A stretch of DNA of 64,000 nucleotides from Candidatus Eremiobacteria bacterium. GTDB taxonomy: Bacteria > Vulcanimicrobiota > Vulcanimicrobiia > Vulcanimicrobiales > Vulcanimicrobiaceae. Every line of letters starts with the position of its first letter. The stretch's first letter is position 1. Positions 1-12,059 of the stretch are shown one piece after another. The stretch spans positions 608,001-672,000 of the forward strand of contig CAVTRC010000001.1 in assembly GCA_963737065.1 (NCBI GenBank), read 5' to 3'. The position numbers were made by a program, and so were the translations under genes. The notes under the pieces are model-generated. The model made no database searches. It saw only the letters and a list, made by a program, of their open reading frames with translations, and was not told the origin of the DNA.

Positions 1-616
<616 letters not shown>

Positions 617-626
<10 letters not shown>

Positions 627-1945
627 GAGTAGTCCTCCAACACGTCGCCCAGCGTACGAATCCCGTCGCGCAACTCTTCGCGCGCAATCGTTAGCGGCGG
701 CGTGACCAAAATCAGATTGTACCGGCCGAATGCATAGACGCCGCGATCGCGCAGTTTGGCGAGAATCGCGCCCATCGGTCCAGGATCCGGGCCTTGCCAC
801 GGGACGATCGGCTCGCGCGTCCCCCGGTCTTTGACCAACTCTACCGCCCAGAATGCGCCGACGCCGCGTGCATCGCCGACAACCGGGGCACGTTCGGCCA
901 GCTCAGCAAGATCGTCGCGCAGCCATCCTTCGATCTCTCGTGCTCGCTCGAACAGATGCTCGGATTCGTATGCGTCGAGCGCCGCATTTGCGGCGGCAAT
1001 CGCAAGCGGATGTCCCGAGTACGTGTGCCCGCATGGTAACGGACGCGTATCGAAATGCTGCGCCAAGGTTTCGCGCACGAGCACGCCGCCGAGCGGCACG
1101 TACGCCGACGTCGCCGCTTTCGCAAACGTCATCATATCCGGCTCGACGCCGAAGCGAACCGCCGCAAACGACGCTCCCGTTCTTCCGAACCCGGTCATGA
1201 CTTCATCGAAGATCAACACGATCGCATGGCGCGAACAGAGATCGCGAACGCGTTGGAGGTACTCGACCGGCATTGCAATGGCGCCGTTCGTTCCAACGAC
1301 CGGCTCGATAAGCAGTGCGGCGATCGCGTTTGGATTTTCGTACGTCAGCAGCAATTCGAGATGCGCGATCGCGCGCTCGATCTCCAGGTCGGGATCCCGC
1401 GTATCGAACGGACTGCTATAGAGATTCGGCGCAAAAAAACGCACGACGCCCGGAAGGCCCGGCTCGTTTGGCCAACGGCGATTTTCTCCGGTGAGCGTTC
1501 CCGCTCCGGGCGCCGAGCCGTGAAACGAACGGTATGCGGTCAGCACTTTGTGACGTCCGGTGATCGCGCGCGCCATTTTTACCGCGTCTTCGTTCGCCTC
1601 GCCGCCGCCCGTCGTAAAGAACGCGCGGGCGCCTTCCTTCCAAGGCGCATGCGACGACAATCGTTGCGCGTAACGTGCGCGCGCGGCATTGAAGAACTGC
1701 GGCGACGCATAGCACAGCCGCGCGGCCTGCTCGCCGATCGCGCGCACGACGAGCGGATGCGCGTGCCCGAGATTGACGGCGACAAGGCCGGCCGAAAGAT
1801 CGAGATAGCGTTTTCCGTCCACATCGTACAGGTACGAGCCCTCGCCCCGCTCGATCGACGGCATATCGATCGCGCCTTGCGCCGACCACGGCGTAAGCAC
1901 GTGGCGACGATGCACCACCGCAATATCATCGAGCGTGGAGGTCAT
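617..1945 (-). CDS. Class III PLP-dependent aminotransferase (omega-amino acid/beta-alanine/taurine type)
   Basis: GEANEDAVK, SFHG, LIFDEVMTGFGRTG, DMMTFAK and GHTYSGHP motifs. Confidence 0.9.
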
Positions 1946-3297
1946 GATGGTTCTCCGACCGTTTTACGGCGTGTCATCGCGTAGAGCACCAGCCCAAGCG
2001 CGAGATAGAGCAGAAACACATACGGGAAGACGTTCGTCGGCGGCGGCGGCACCGGATAGAATAACGTGATCGCTGCGGCGAGCAGAAACGCGCATGACCC
2101 AAGCGAGGCGACGATGTGGACCGGCTTCAACTCGCCGACGCGTTTGAGCAGTCTTGGCGCAGCGATCGAAATGATCAGATACACCGCGATAAAGCTCAGC
2201 GAACTCAGCGTTCCGCAGAAATTGAAAATATCGATCGGCGCAACGCCACCACGGTACATCGCAACACCGATCGCAAACATTGCGATGACGACGGCGGCGA
2301 GCGCGACGTGCGGCGTGTGAAAGCGCGGATGCACGGACGCGAAAATCTTCGGCAACAGCCCGTCTTCCGACATCGGCAGCACGATGCGTGCCGACGTGTT
2401 TACGCACGCGAGCGCAACGGAAAAGGAACTGCAAATCGCTCCGATCGCGATCGGGATCTTCAAGTAGCCCGCATCGAGCATGTCCGCGAGGTTCCAGAGC
2501 GGCATGCTCAACTGATCGAGCGGCGGTTTCGAACCGCGCAATCCGAGGATCTCGGCGTACATCGCAAACACGAAAAACGTTGCAGCGATGAGCACGCTGA
2601 AGATTACCGCACGGGGAATGGATTTGAGCGCGTTGCGCGCTTCGTCGCCAAACGCCGTCGCGCTCTCGAAGCCGACGAAACTGAAGATTGCGGTTGCGAT
2701 ACCGAGACCGATGCTCGCTTTACCGACGCCCTCGAGACGAATCTGAGGGATGTCGATGATGCCGTGTTTGAGGAAAACGGTGACGATCAACACGCAGATG
2801 ATCGACACGGAGATCGTCTCGAGCACGAGCATGACGACGGTCGAAAGCGCGACGTCACGCACCGCGAGAAGCCAGCACACGAGCGCCAGCACAACCATTA
2901 CCGCCACGGCGGGAATGGGAACGCCGAGCGCGTGCGCGAGGCCGCCGATGAACAGCGGTTGCGCTCCGAACTGCGCCGCGCCGACGAAAATGTACGCCCA
3001 CACCAAGCTCCAACCGGCGAGCGTTCCGACTGCCGGTCCTAACTCTTTGGCAGCATACAAGAACATCGATCCCGAGCCGGTCGCGCGCTTGGCGAAGTGG
3101 TTGAGATTCACCGCAACGAGCAGTAGCATCACGGCGGCAAAAACATACGCCGCCCACGAGCCGTTTCCGGCGGCGCCGAACATGTACGGCGCGATGAGCA
3201 CGGGCGTCATGCTGAGGCCGATCAGCGCAAGCGATGCGGCGAGGACCTCGATGAAGGACAGCGATCCCGCGCGCAGACGGTTCTGATGTTGCTCCAT
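1942..3297 (-). CDS. APC-family amino acid/polyamine permease
   Basis: About 12 hydrophobic segments, FSFVGFESATAFGDEARN motif, overlaps the aminotransferase start. Confidence 0.88.
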   Translation of the reverse strand: MEQHQNRLRAGSLSFIEVLAASLALIGLSMTPVLIAPYMFGAAGNGSWAAYVFAAVMLLLVAVNLNHFAKRATGSGSMFLYAAKELGPAVGTLAGWSLVWAYIFVGAAQFGAQPLFIGGLAHALGVPIPAVAVMVVLALVCWLLAVRDVALSTVVMLVLETISVSIICVLIVTVFLKHGIIDIPQIRLEGVGKASIGLGIATAIFSFVGFESATAFGDEARNALKSIPRAVIFSVLIAATFFVFAMYAEILGLRGSKPPLDQLSMPLWNLADMLDAGYLKIPIAIGAICSSFSVALACVNTSARIVLPMSEDGLLPKIFASVHPRFHTPHVALAAVVIAMFAIGVAMYRGGVAPIDIFNFCGTLSSLSFIAVYLIISIAAPRLLKRVGELKPVHIVASLGSCAFLLAAAITLFYPVPPPPTNVFPYVFLLYLALGLVLYAMTRRKTVGEPS

Positions 3298-3421
3298 TCT
3301 CCACTAGCCTAGCGAACGCAGATGCGCCGAGCCATAGTGCTCGCCGACAAAACTTCTCGCTTTTTCTGTGCAGCGTGCCAAAGGCAGGTCGTCCGTGTCG
3401 CTGTGAATCATTACCGCACCG

Positions 3422-4813
3422 TTGAAAGGACTCTTCGCTCGACAGCCTTTGGCGTGGATTTCACGCGAACAGGACGGTCCGACGCTACGGCGCGCGCTCG
3501 GGTGGCCGGCACTTACGGCAATCGGCCTCGGTACGATGCTCGGCGGCATCTTTCCGACGATCGGCGCCGGCGCGCACGCTGCCGGTCCGGCGGTGATTCT
3601 TGCTTTCACGCTCTCCGGACTCGTGAGCTTCTGCGTCGCGTTGTGCTACGCCGAGTTTGCATCGATGGTTCCGGTGGCGGGCAGCGCGTATACGTATGCG
3701 TACGCGACGCTCGGTGAGGTCGTCGCGTGGGTCATCGGTTGGGACTTGATTCTCGAATACGGCCTGTCCCTTGCGCCGACCGCATCGTCATGGTCCGACT
3801 ATGCGCAGCATCTGCTCGCGAACGTCGGAGTGACGCTTCCGCAGTGGTCGCAAACCGCGAACCTCGGCGCCGGCCGAATCGACGTCATAGCAGCGCTCGC
3901 CGTTGCCGTTATCACGGCGCTCCTCTGCATCGGAATTCGTGAATCATCGCGCGTGAACGCGACGCTGGTCGTGTTTCAAATTTTTACGATGCTGTTGTTC
4001 GTTGCTGCAACGATCGGCTTCGCGCGTCCCGTGAATCTGCACCCGTTCGCGCCGTTCGGCGAACGCGGCGTACTGACGAGTACGGCATTGGTTTTCTTCG
4101 CGTACATCGGGTTCGACACCGTGACCGTCGCGTCGGAAGAAGCGCATGATCCGGTGCGCGACGTGCCGATCGGCATCATCATTGCGCTCGCGATCGGAAC
4201 GCTGCTCTACGTGGCGCTGACGTATTGCACGGTAGCCGTCCTGCCGTTTGCGAAATTGAGCGACGGTGCCGCCATGCTGGACGCGCTCGGCGCCGTCAAT
4301 CACAATCGCGCCGTGTATTGGCTCGTTGCTTTAGGCGGTCTCGCAGGGAACACCACCGTGATGTTGACGTCGCTGCTCGGCCAAGTACGGATCTTTTACG
4401 TGATGTCGCGCGATCGTCTGCTTCCGCCGCAAGTCGCGAAGATCCATCCGCGTTTTCGCACGCCGGCGACGATGACGGCAATCACCGGCGCGATCATTGC
4501 GGTTCTCGCAGCGGTCTTGCCGCTGACCGAACTGCTGACGCTCGTGAACATCGGCACGCTCGCGGCATTCGCGATCGTCTGCGTCGGCGTGCTCGTTCTG
4601 CGAATAACGCAACCACAAGCGAAGCGGCCGTTTCGCGCGCCGCTCGTGTGGCTCTTTTCGATTCTCGGCGCCGTGTCTTGCGGCTATTTGATCTTCGGCC
4701 TGCAGCTGCCGACGTGGCTGCGCTTCGGCATATGGTTCGTCATCGGCATCGTCATCTACGCCGTCTACGGCTATCGCAAGAGCCATCTTCGGACGCTCAC
4801 CCAGACGCGGTAA
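3422..4813 (+). CDS. APC-family (cationic amino acid type) permease
   Basis: GLGTMLGGIF, CYAEFASMVPVAGSAYTY, FFAYIGFD motifs. Confidence 0.9.
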   Translation: MKGLFARQPLAWISREQDGPTLRRALGWPALTAIGLGTMLGGIFPTIGAGAHAAGPAVILAFTLSGLVSFCVALCYAEFASMVPVAGSAYTYAYATLGEVVAWVIGWDLILEYGLSLAPTASSWSDYAQHLLANVGVTLPQWSQTANLGAGRIDVIAALAVAVITALLCIGIRESSRVNATLVVFQIFTMLLFVAATIGFARPVNLHPFAPFGERGVLTSTALVFFAYIGFDTVTVASEEAHDPVRDVPIGIIIALAIGTLLYVALTYCTVAVLPFAKLSDGAAMLDALGAVNHNRAVYWLVALGGLAGNTTVMLTSLLGQVRIFYVMSRDRLLPPQVAKIHPRFRTPATMTAITGAIIAVLAAVLPLTELLTLVNIGTLAAFAIVCVGVLVLRITQPQAKRPFRAPLVWLFSILGAVSCGYLIFGLQLPTWLRFGIWFVIGIVIYAVYGYRKSHLRTLTQTR

Positions 4814-4837
4814 CGGCGTCAGCGCCTTTAGCGCCCG

Positions 4838-5191
4838 CTAATCGCGGTTTTTGCGCTGATGCAGCGCGAAACGGTTGCCGTCGGGATCCTTCGCGATACA
4901 GACCCAGCACGGCGGAAATTCATGCACGCCGGTGATGTCGACGCCATTCCGGCACAGACGCTCGCGTGCGGCTTGGATGTCATCGACTTCAAACGCTACG
5001 CCCGTGCAGGATCCCGGCTCATAACCCGGCGGATCGCCGTCGACCGCGAACACGGTCGAACCAACGTTGAACTCAACGTATCGTTCGTTGAACGCTTCAC
5101 CTTCCGGCAAACCGACGATATCGCGATAGAACGCAACGGCTCGCGGTACGTCGCGTACCGAATACGCAATGAAGGCAACGTCTGTTATCAC
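4838..5191 (-). CDS. VOC/glyoxalase family protein
   Basis: VRDVPRAVAFYRDIVGL...VAFEVDDI...KDPDGNRFALHQ. Start placed at GTG 5191 after a GAGG RBS. Confidence 0.85.
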   Translation of the reverse strand: MITDVAFIAYSVRDVPRAVAFYRDIVGLPEGEAFNERYVEFNVGSTVFAVDGDPPGYEPGSCTGVAFEVDDIQAARERLCRNGVDITGVHEFPPCWVCIAKDPDGNRFALHQRKNRD

Positions 5192-5204
5192 GCAATTCCT
5201 CTCG

Positions 5205-6375
5205 TTATTCTCCCGCGCCGGCCGGCGCGAGTAGTTCAAACGCTCCCTGTGCGGCCACACGTTCGCCCGGACGCACCCCTCCGCTTATCTGCGCCGTCGA
5301 ACCGTCTTCATGGACGATCTTCAACCGTGCGCTGTTCGAACTTCACCGAGCCATCTTTCTGTTTCGCTTGAACGAACACGACATTATCTCCGCTCTGCGG
5401 ATCTTGCACGATTGAACTTTGCGGGATCAGCAACCCGCGCACGTGCGCCACGGTGATTTTTGCGGTGATGGCGTTTCCGGAAACCGTACCCGGCGGTACA
5501 CCGCTCACGACCACGGTTGCCGACTGCGTCGACGGATCGACGGACGGAACGACGGCCGTTACGCGTCCGGCTGACGTGTCGGGCGTGCCGGTGACCGCCA
5601 ACGCGACGGGATCACCGACTGCAATACGCGCTGCATCCGCTGAAGGAACTTGCAGCGTTGCTTGTGCTTGTTGCACCGGACCGACGGACACGACGGCAAC
5701 CGTCGGATCCACCGCTTCGCCGGCACGTCGCGAGATTGCGGTAACGATGCCGTCAACCGGGCTGCGAAGCTCCGCGCGAGACAGATCGGTGTTTGCGAGT
5801 TCCGCCTTCGCGGCAGCGCTCGCTGCTTGCGCAACGGCCGCCGTGCCGTTCGCGCCGGCCGCGCGCGCGTCCGCTTCGTCGGCCGCGAGCTGCGCACGCG
5901 CGTCGTCGATATCTTTCTTCGCGGAAACGCCGGCGCGATACAGGTTTTCTGCACGCGTCACAGCCGCGCGATCGACGGCGACCTTCGTGGAATACCGGTC
6001 GACCGCGGCCGCGCGCGCCTGCGCGCTTGCGGCTTGCGCGTCGGCCGCCGCTTGCTGTGCCGCCAACGAGAGGGAACGCGTATCGAGCGTTGCGAGCGTT
6101 TCGCCGGCGGATACTCGATCGCCCACGTGAACGTTGATAGCGCCGATCGTACCGGCGATCGGAAACGAGAGCTGCGTGGCCGTGCCGGCCGGTGCGCCGA
6201 TCGATCCCGATTCGCTCAGCACGACGGCATACTCGCCGAACTTCACCGTCGCAAGCTGCACCGCAGGCGCGGCCGACGTTTCGGCCGGAACATGCGACGG
6301 CCGGTGCGTCAGCACCCAAAAGCCGGCAATTGCCACGACGATCATCGCGACGCCGACCCACATCCAACTACGCAT
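5205..6375 (-). CDS. RND efflux periplasmic adaptor (MFP), with an apparent +1 frameshift near 5323
   Basis: Lipoyl/hairpin motifs (VHVGDRVSAGETLATLD, LRSPVDGIV). ORF stops at 5308, but the expected C-terminus (KIVHEDGSTAQISGGVRPGERVAAQGAFELL) continues in another frame to TAA at 5205. Confidence 0.85.
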
Positions 6376-7591
6376 CGTTCGATCCGATCAAGAGCCGCAA
6401 CGTCGCTTGCGCTTGCGCTTGAGCGTATAGCGCCGAGATGTCGGCAACGAGTGCCTGCACGTACGTCGCGCGCGCCGTTTCTACATCCAAACTCGAACTG
6501 GCGCCGTTGCGATAGCCGATTTGCGTCGCTTTGAAGGCCGCGTCTGCTTGATCGAGCGCGCGCTGTGCGGCAGCGAGTGCGGACGTCTCCGCCTGATAGG
6601 AGCGAACCGCCGCGCTGACTTCCGTCGTTACTTGGCGTTGCGTTTTGTCGAACAGTGCCTGCGCCTGCATTAGACGCGCTCGTTCTGCGAGGACACGGTC
6701 GTGCGCCGCACCGCCGACCGGAAGCGTCGCATTGAGGTTCATACTCGGACCGTGCACGTTGACGCCGGTATCGACACCGGACGTAAAACCGCCGCTGACC
6801 GTAACGACCGGCAATCCGCCGCGCTGCGCGACCGCAACCGCATGCTCTTCCGCCGTAACGTTCTGACGTGCGGATGCGACTTCGGGCCGGTTCACGAGCG
6901 CTTCTTGCACGGCGACGTCCGGCGTCAGCGTTACGGAGACCGGTTCCGGCATAGGTGACGCCGTCGTACGCAGCGACGCAGCTTGGAGGCCCGTTTCCGT
7001 TGCAAGTGACGCGTCCGCGTTATCCGTATCGGCCTGCGCGCGCGCCGAATCGGCCTCCGCCTGCGCGACCGCGACCGATGCGCGCACGACGTCCAAACGC
7101 GGAACGTCGCCGTTCTTATAGCGAAGTTGCGCCGCGCGAAGGTCACCGCGCGCGCCGTCGAGCGCGACACGACGCGCATGCAGCGTCGCGCGCGCCGTAA
7201 GCGCCGAATAGTAGAGGCCGATCACGTTGATGCGTTCCGTCCGCTGCGTGCTTGCGAGCTCGAATTGCGCCGAACGCAACGACGCGTTGGCTTGCGCGAT
7301 GAGCGGGGAATATGCAACCAGATCGCCGAGGGTGACCTGCGCGCCGACGGTCGTCAGGCGCTGTGCGATCGTTTCGTCATTGTTCCCGCCTTGCGGCGCT
7401 TCGGCGTACGTCGCGACCAACGCCGGTCCATAACTCGCGCGCGCGGCATCGAACAGCGCCTGCTGTTCGGCAACCTTGCCGTTTGCAACGGCGACGTCGG
7501 GAGATCGGACGAGCGCTTCGGTTTGTGCTCGATCGAGTGAGAGTCCCGCAAACGATTGCAACAACACCGCGACCGCGAGGACCCAGCTCAT
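6368..7591 (-). CDS. TolC-family outer membrane efflux protein
   Basis: Signal peptide and duplicated OEP repeats (RYKNGDVPRLDV, YRNGASSSLDV); lies between the RND permease and MFP. Confidence 0.88.
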   Translation of the reverse strand: MSWVLAVAVLLQSFAGLSLDRAQTEALVRSPDVAVANGKVAEQQALFDAARASYGPALVATYAEAPQGGNNDETIAQRLTTVGAQVTLGDLVAYSPLIAQANASLRSAQFELASTQRTERINVIGLYYSALTARATLHARRVALDGARGDLRAAQLRYKNGDVPRLDVVRASVAVAQAEADSARAQADTDNADASLATETGLQAASLRTTASPMPEPVSVTLTPDVAVQEALVNRPEVASARQNVTAEEHAVAVAQRGGLPVVTVSGGFTSGVDTGVNVHGPSMNLNATLPVGGAAHDRVLAERARLMQAQALFDKTQRQVTTEVSAAVRSYQAETSALAAAQRALDQADAAFKATQIGYRNGASSSLDVETARATYVQALVADISALYAQAQAQATLRLLIGSNDA

Positions 7592-10500
7592 GCAATCGCC
7601 TCGCGCATCGCTGCAACATGTTCCTTACTAGAAAAACCGGCGTAGAGAACGGGAATGACGACGAGCGTGAACGCCGTGGCGGTAGACAATCCGCCGATCA
7701 CAGCGATGGCGAGCGGCTTCTCCATCGCCGCACCGGAACCGATACCGAGTGCGAGCGGCAACAGCCCTCCAATCGCCGCAAACGTGGTCATCAGAATCGG
7801 ACGCAGACGCGTACGTCCGGCGATGACGAGCGCCTCTTCCACGGAATCGCCGGCAACGCGCCGCCGGTTCGCGACGTCGATCAGCAAGATGCCGTTCTTT
7901 ACGACGATGCCGACGAGCAACAGCAAGCCCATAAAGGACGACACGTTGAACGGCGTTGCCGTCACCCACAACCCAAGCGCTACGCCGATGAGGGCAAGCG
8001 GAATTGCGGTCAGGATAACGAGTGGTAAGCGATACGAACCAAACGTCGCCAGCATGACGGCAAAGACGAGCGCAACGGCGATCGCGATGACGATGCCAAA
8101 CTCTCGGAAGGAACTCTGCTGCGCGGCATATTCGCCGGCGATCGTCGTGCGATAGCCAGGCGGCAACTGCGCGCTCGCAATCGCTCTTTTCACGCCGGCG
8201 ATGACGGTCGACAGATTTGCACCGGAGATCGTCGCCGTGATGAGCATCTCACGCTGACCGTTGTTTTCCGTAATCGTCGTGGATAGTTGGGCCGGCGCAA
8301 TGCGCGCGAGGGACGGCAACGCGACGACGCCGTTCGGCGTATTGACCGTATGCTCGTTCAACGCTGCACCGCTGCCGCCGATCGTGATGCGCACGGGCAC
8401 AAGCATGTTTGCGCCGGGAATCGTCGTCGCGACCGATCCTTGCGTTTGCGCGGCAAGCGCGTTCGTGAGCGATCCCGACTGGATGCCAAGCTGCGCCAGA
8501 CGCCGCTGATCGGGAGCGACGCGAATCGTCGGATCCGTGTAGACGACTCCTGAGAACGTGTCGGTCACACCGTTCACTTTTCCGATCGCACTCGCGATAA
8601 CGTTCGCATATTTCACGAGCGTCGCTTGATCGGGCCCCTGCAGTTCGATCTCGAGCGGCGCCGGCGCGCCGCTGACGTCGTTGATCATGTCTTCGAGAAT
8701 CTGGTGAAAGTCGAGCTGCGCTCCGGGAAACGCGCCCGTCAACACATCGCGAAGGCGGTCGCTGACGGTTTCATACCCCACGCGTTCATTTGCCGGCTTG
8801 AGGCGCACGCGCAGGATGCCTTGATTTTGCGGGATCGGTGAAATGCCGTTCGTGTCGACGCCCGTCCAGCGGCCGACCGAAGCGACCGCGGGATCACGCA
8901 ACACGAGCTCTTCCATTCGCTGCGCCGCGGCGCCCGATGCCTGAAGGCTCGTGCCGACCGGCAGCTGGTACGCGATTTCGAATTGGCCTTCATCGAGTTT
9001 CGGCAGAAAATCGCTCGGCAAACGACTGAGCAGCAGTACCGTAATGACGAGGACGACAAACGAACCGCCGTACACGATGCGACGGTTCGCGAGCGTCCAG
9101 CGTAAGAGCGATTCGTAGCGCTCGAGGACGCGTCCGATGACATCGTCCTTGCCTTCGCGATCTTGATCTCGCGCGCGAATCAACCACTTCGCGAGCGCGG
9201 GCGCAAGAAACAGCGCGAGCGCGAGCGAAACGATCAGCGATGACGCCAGCGTCAATGCAAGCGCGCGAAAGAAAAAACCGCTGACGCCCGAGAGCAGCGC
9301 GAGCGGAATGAACACCACAACCGTCGTGGTTGTCGACGCCGCCATCGCTCCACCGATTTGCGACATCGATTCTCTGACGACTTCCGCCACGTTCGGAGGG
9401 CCCGCGGGCTTCGCGCGGCTCGTGTCGTGCCATGCGCGATGCCAATTGCGCGCTATATTTTCGACGACGACGATCGCGTCGTCGATAATCAAACCGACCG
9501 CGATCGCGAGACCGCCGACGGACATCAGGTTGAGCGTCTCACCCGTTTCACCGACGACGAAGACCGCGATCGACATGGCAATCGGAATGACGATCGCCGC
9601 AACGAGCGTCATGCGCAAATTGCGCAGGAACACAAAGATTACGAGAATCGCGAGCACCGCGCCGATGAGAATCGCGTCACGGAGCGACGCCTGCGATTCC
9701 TTCACGAGCACGGTCTGATCCCAGAAGCGCGTGAGACGCGCGCCCGCGGGGAGAGCGCGCGAGAGCGCATCGGCCCGTTGCGCGACGTCACCCGCCATCT
9801 TCACCGCGTCGGACCCGGGCAGCGCGTAGAAACTCATGATAACCGCGGGTTCGGCATCGAAGCTGACGTCATTGACCTTCGGCGCGACGCCGAGCGTGAC
9901 CGCACCGAGCGCACCGATCGGAACGCTGCCGTTTTTCTTCGTCGGCACCGTGATGCGCGAAAGATCGGCGGCCGTGCGGATGTTTGCGTCTACGACCACG
10001 ACGTTGCGTACATAATGTGCGATCTGCAACCCGACCGGCGTTACTTGCGTCGCTTGCGCCAGCGCGGTATCGACGTCATCCGCCGTCAAACCGTATTGTG
10101 CGAGCGCGCTCGGGTTCAAATCGACGTGAAATTCACGATCCGGACCGCCTGTTACGGAAACACGCGCAAGTCCGGGAGCACCGTAAAATCGCGGGACCAT
10201 TGACTGCTGAGCGAGTTCCCGCAACAGCGTCTGCGACATCGTGGACGACGTAAGCGCATACGAAACGATCGGCTCACGATTCGGATTGATGATCGACGCT
10301 TGTACGTTGACGTTGGGCGGAAGGGCAGTTTGCGCTTGCGCGATCGCTTGATCGACGTACGTGAGATCGCCTTGCACGTTGGTCTTCGGATCGAACTCGA
10401 CGATCAGTTCAGCATTGCCCTGCTCCGACGTCGTAAGGACGCGCGTAACCGACGGCAATCCCTGAAACGCCTGTTCGAGCGGCAGGCTGACCGCGGTTCG

Positions 10501-10677
10501 TACCTGATCCGGCGGCAAATTTCCAACGCTCGCCACTACGTCGATCCGCGAAAAGCTCATGTTCGGAAAGATGCTCGCCGGAATCGTCGTGTATGCGTAC
10601 ACGCCGAGCGCCGTGAGAACCGCTACGACAAAGACGACGACTTTTTCGTACCGGGCTCCGAAGGCCGCGAAATTCAC
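7588..10677 (-). CDS. RND efflux permease (AcrB/CusA/CzcA family)
   Basis: 1029 aa; GLIIDDAIVVVENI, GIVVKNGILLID, RLRPILMT motifs. Confidence 0.93.
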   Translation of the reverse strand: MNFAAFGARYEKVVVFVVAVLTALGVYAYTTIPASIFPNMSFSRIDVVASVGNLPPDQVRTAVSLPLEQAFQGLPSVTRVLTTSEQGNAELIVEFDPKTNVQGDLTYVDQAIAQAQTALPPNVNVQASIINPNREPIVSYALTSSTMSQTLLRELAQQSMVPRFYGAPGLARVSVTGGPDREFHVDLNPSALAQYGLTADDVDTALAQATQVTPVGLQIAHYVRNVVVVDANIRTAADLSRITVPTKKNGSVPIGALGAVTLGVAPKVNDVSFDAEPAVIMSFYALPGSDAVKMAGDVAQRADALSRALPAGARLTRFWDQTVLVKESQASLRDAILIGAVLAILVIFVFLRNLRMTLVAAIVIPIAMSIAVFVVGETGETLNLMSVGGLAIAVGLIIDDAIVVVENIARNWHRAWHDTSRAKPAGPPNVAEVVRESMSQIGGAMAASTTTTVVVFIPLALLSGVSGFFFRALALTLASSLIVSLALALFLAPALAKWLIRARDQDREGKDDVIGRVLERYESLLRWTLANRRIVYGGSFVVLVITVLLLSRLPSDFLPKLDEGQFEIAYQLPVGTSLQASGAAAQRMEELVLRDPAVASVGRWTGVDTNGISPIPQNQGILRVRLKPANERVGYETVSDRLRDVLTGAFPGAQLDFHQILEDMINDVSGAPAPLEIELQGPDQATLVKYANVIASAIGKVNGVTDTFSGVVYTDPTIRVAPDQRRLAQLGIQSGSLTNALAAQTQGSVATTIPGANMLVPVRITIGGSGAALNEHTVNTPNGVVALPSLARIAPAQLSTTITENNGQREMLITATISGANLSTVIAGVKRAIASAQLPPGYRTTIAGEYAAQQSSFREFGIVIAIAVALVFAVMLATFGSYRLPLVILTAIPLALIGVALGLWVTATPFNVSSFMGLLLLVGIVVKNGILLIDVANRRRVAGDSVEEALVIAGRTRLRPILMTTFAAIGGLLPLALGIGSGAAMEKPLAIAVIGGLSTATAFTLVVIPVLYAGFSSKEHVAAMREAIA

Positions 10678-12059
10678 TCCCCCATTGTGGTTCGCGCAGA
10701 TGACGCATCGATGAACGGCAGGGTCAGCGTAACACGCGCGCCGTGCGGAGCCACATTTGCGAGCGTCAGATTGCCGCCGTGCGCGCGCACGATTGCATCC
10801 GCGATCGAAAGGCCGAGACCGGTTCCGCCGCGTGGTCGCGCAGGATCAGCTCGCCAGAACCGCTCCGTTGCATGGGCGAGACCTTCTTCGGTGAAGCCGG
10901 GGCCGTCGTCCTCGACACGAACATTGACGTCCGGGCTGCCGGCGCGGCGCACGATCCGTACGGCAACGCGGTGGTGCGCGAAGTCGAGCGCGTTGTGAAT
11001 GACGGATGCGACGGCACGTTCCAAGGCTTGCGCGTCGCCGTTCACAAGGGTCTCCCGCGCATCGGTTTCGATCGTGATGTTGCGCGTTGCGGCAGCCGGT
11101 TCGAAGCGCTGGACGGTAAGCGCGATGACTTCGGCGATATCAACCGGCTCGAACGTCATTCGTGCGGAATCAGCGCGCGCGGCGACGAGCAGCGCATCGA
11201 CGAGCGCATCGATGCGATCCACTTCGTATACGATCGTGTGCAACGCTTCGCGGTACTCTCGACTCGTGCGATCCTTGGCAAGTGCGACATCCGCTTCGGC
11301 ACGGATTACGGCGAGCGGCGCGCGCAGCTCGTGCGATGCATCCGCGGTAAAGCGACGCTGCCGCAGGAACGCGCCTTCGAGGCGGTCCAACATCCGATCG
11401 AACGCGGAACTCAGACGTCCCAATTCACCGACGCCTTGCGCGCCAACCCGTTGTGAAAGATCGTGCGCTTCGATTTCGGTTGCGAGGGTCGTGAAGCGTT
11501 CCAGCGGCGCGAGCGCGCGGCGCGCAAGCGTCGCCGATAAGACGACGACGACGCCGCCAACGCCCAGCGCCGCGAGCACCATCGCGACGATCGCAAAACG
11601 ATCGAACTCGTCAATGAACGCGCTGCCTTCCCAGACCGCGACGATCCCATACGCGGTCCCACCGCGCTGGATCGCGGAAATCGCAATCCGTACGTCGGTG
11701 TTGCCCGACCGTACCGTATAATTACCGTTCGACGGGTGTGAGCTCGCAAGGCGCACGATCGCCGGCGGCACGCTCGGAGAGGACGACAAATAGACGCGGC
11801 CGTCATTTGTAAAGACGGCGACCTGCATGACGCCGGCCATCGCATCGAGCAATTGGCCGCGATCCTCCGCATCGAGGTGCACCTCGCCGTCATGAACGTC
11901 GGTGATCGCGGTCGACGCAGCCGCCGCCGTGTCGAGACGCGCATCGAGCGAACTGCGCAGTGAACGGTCGATTGCGGTGAGCGACACGATCGCGATGATA
12001 CCGACGGCGACGAAGACGGCGATCCCGTACGTCCACGCCAGGCGCGTACGCAGGCTCAA
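10674..12059 (-). CDS. Sensor histidine kinase (HAMP-HisKA-HATPase)
   Basis: FTADASHELRAPL H-box, DDGPG, GGTGLGLSI; two TM segments. Confidence 0.93.
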   Translation of the reverse strand: MSLRTRLAWTYGIAVFVAVGIIAIVSLTAIDRSLRSSLDARLDTAAAASTAITDVHDGEVHLDAEDRGQLLDAMAGVMQVAVFTNDGRVYLSSSPSVPPAIVRLASSHPSNGNYTVRSGNTDVRIAISAIQRGGTAYGIVAVWEGSAFIDEFDRFAIVAMVLAALGVGGVVVVLSATLARRALAPLERFTTLATEIEAHDLSQRVGAQGVGELGRLSSAFDRMLDRLEGAFLRQRRFTADASHELRAPLAVIRAEADVALAKDRTSREYREALHTIVYEVDRIDALVDALLVAARADSARMTFEPVDIAEVIALTVQRFEPAAATRNITIETDARETLVNGDAQALERAVASVIHNALDFAHHRVAVRIVRRAGSPDVNVRVEDDGPGFTEEGLAHATERFWRADPARPRGGTGLGLSIADAIVRAHGGNLTLANVAPHGARVTLTLPFIDASSARTTMGE

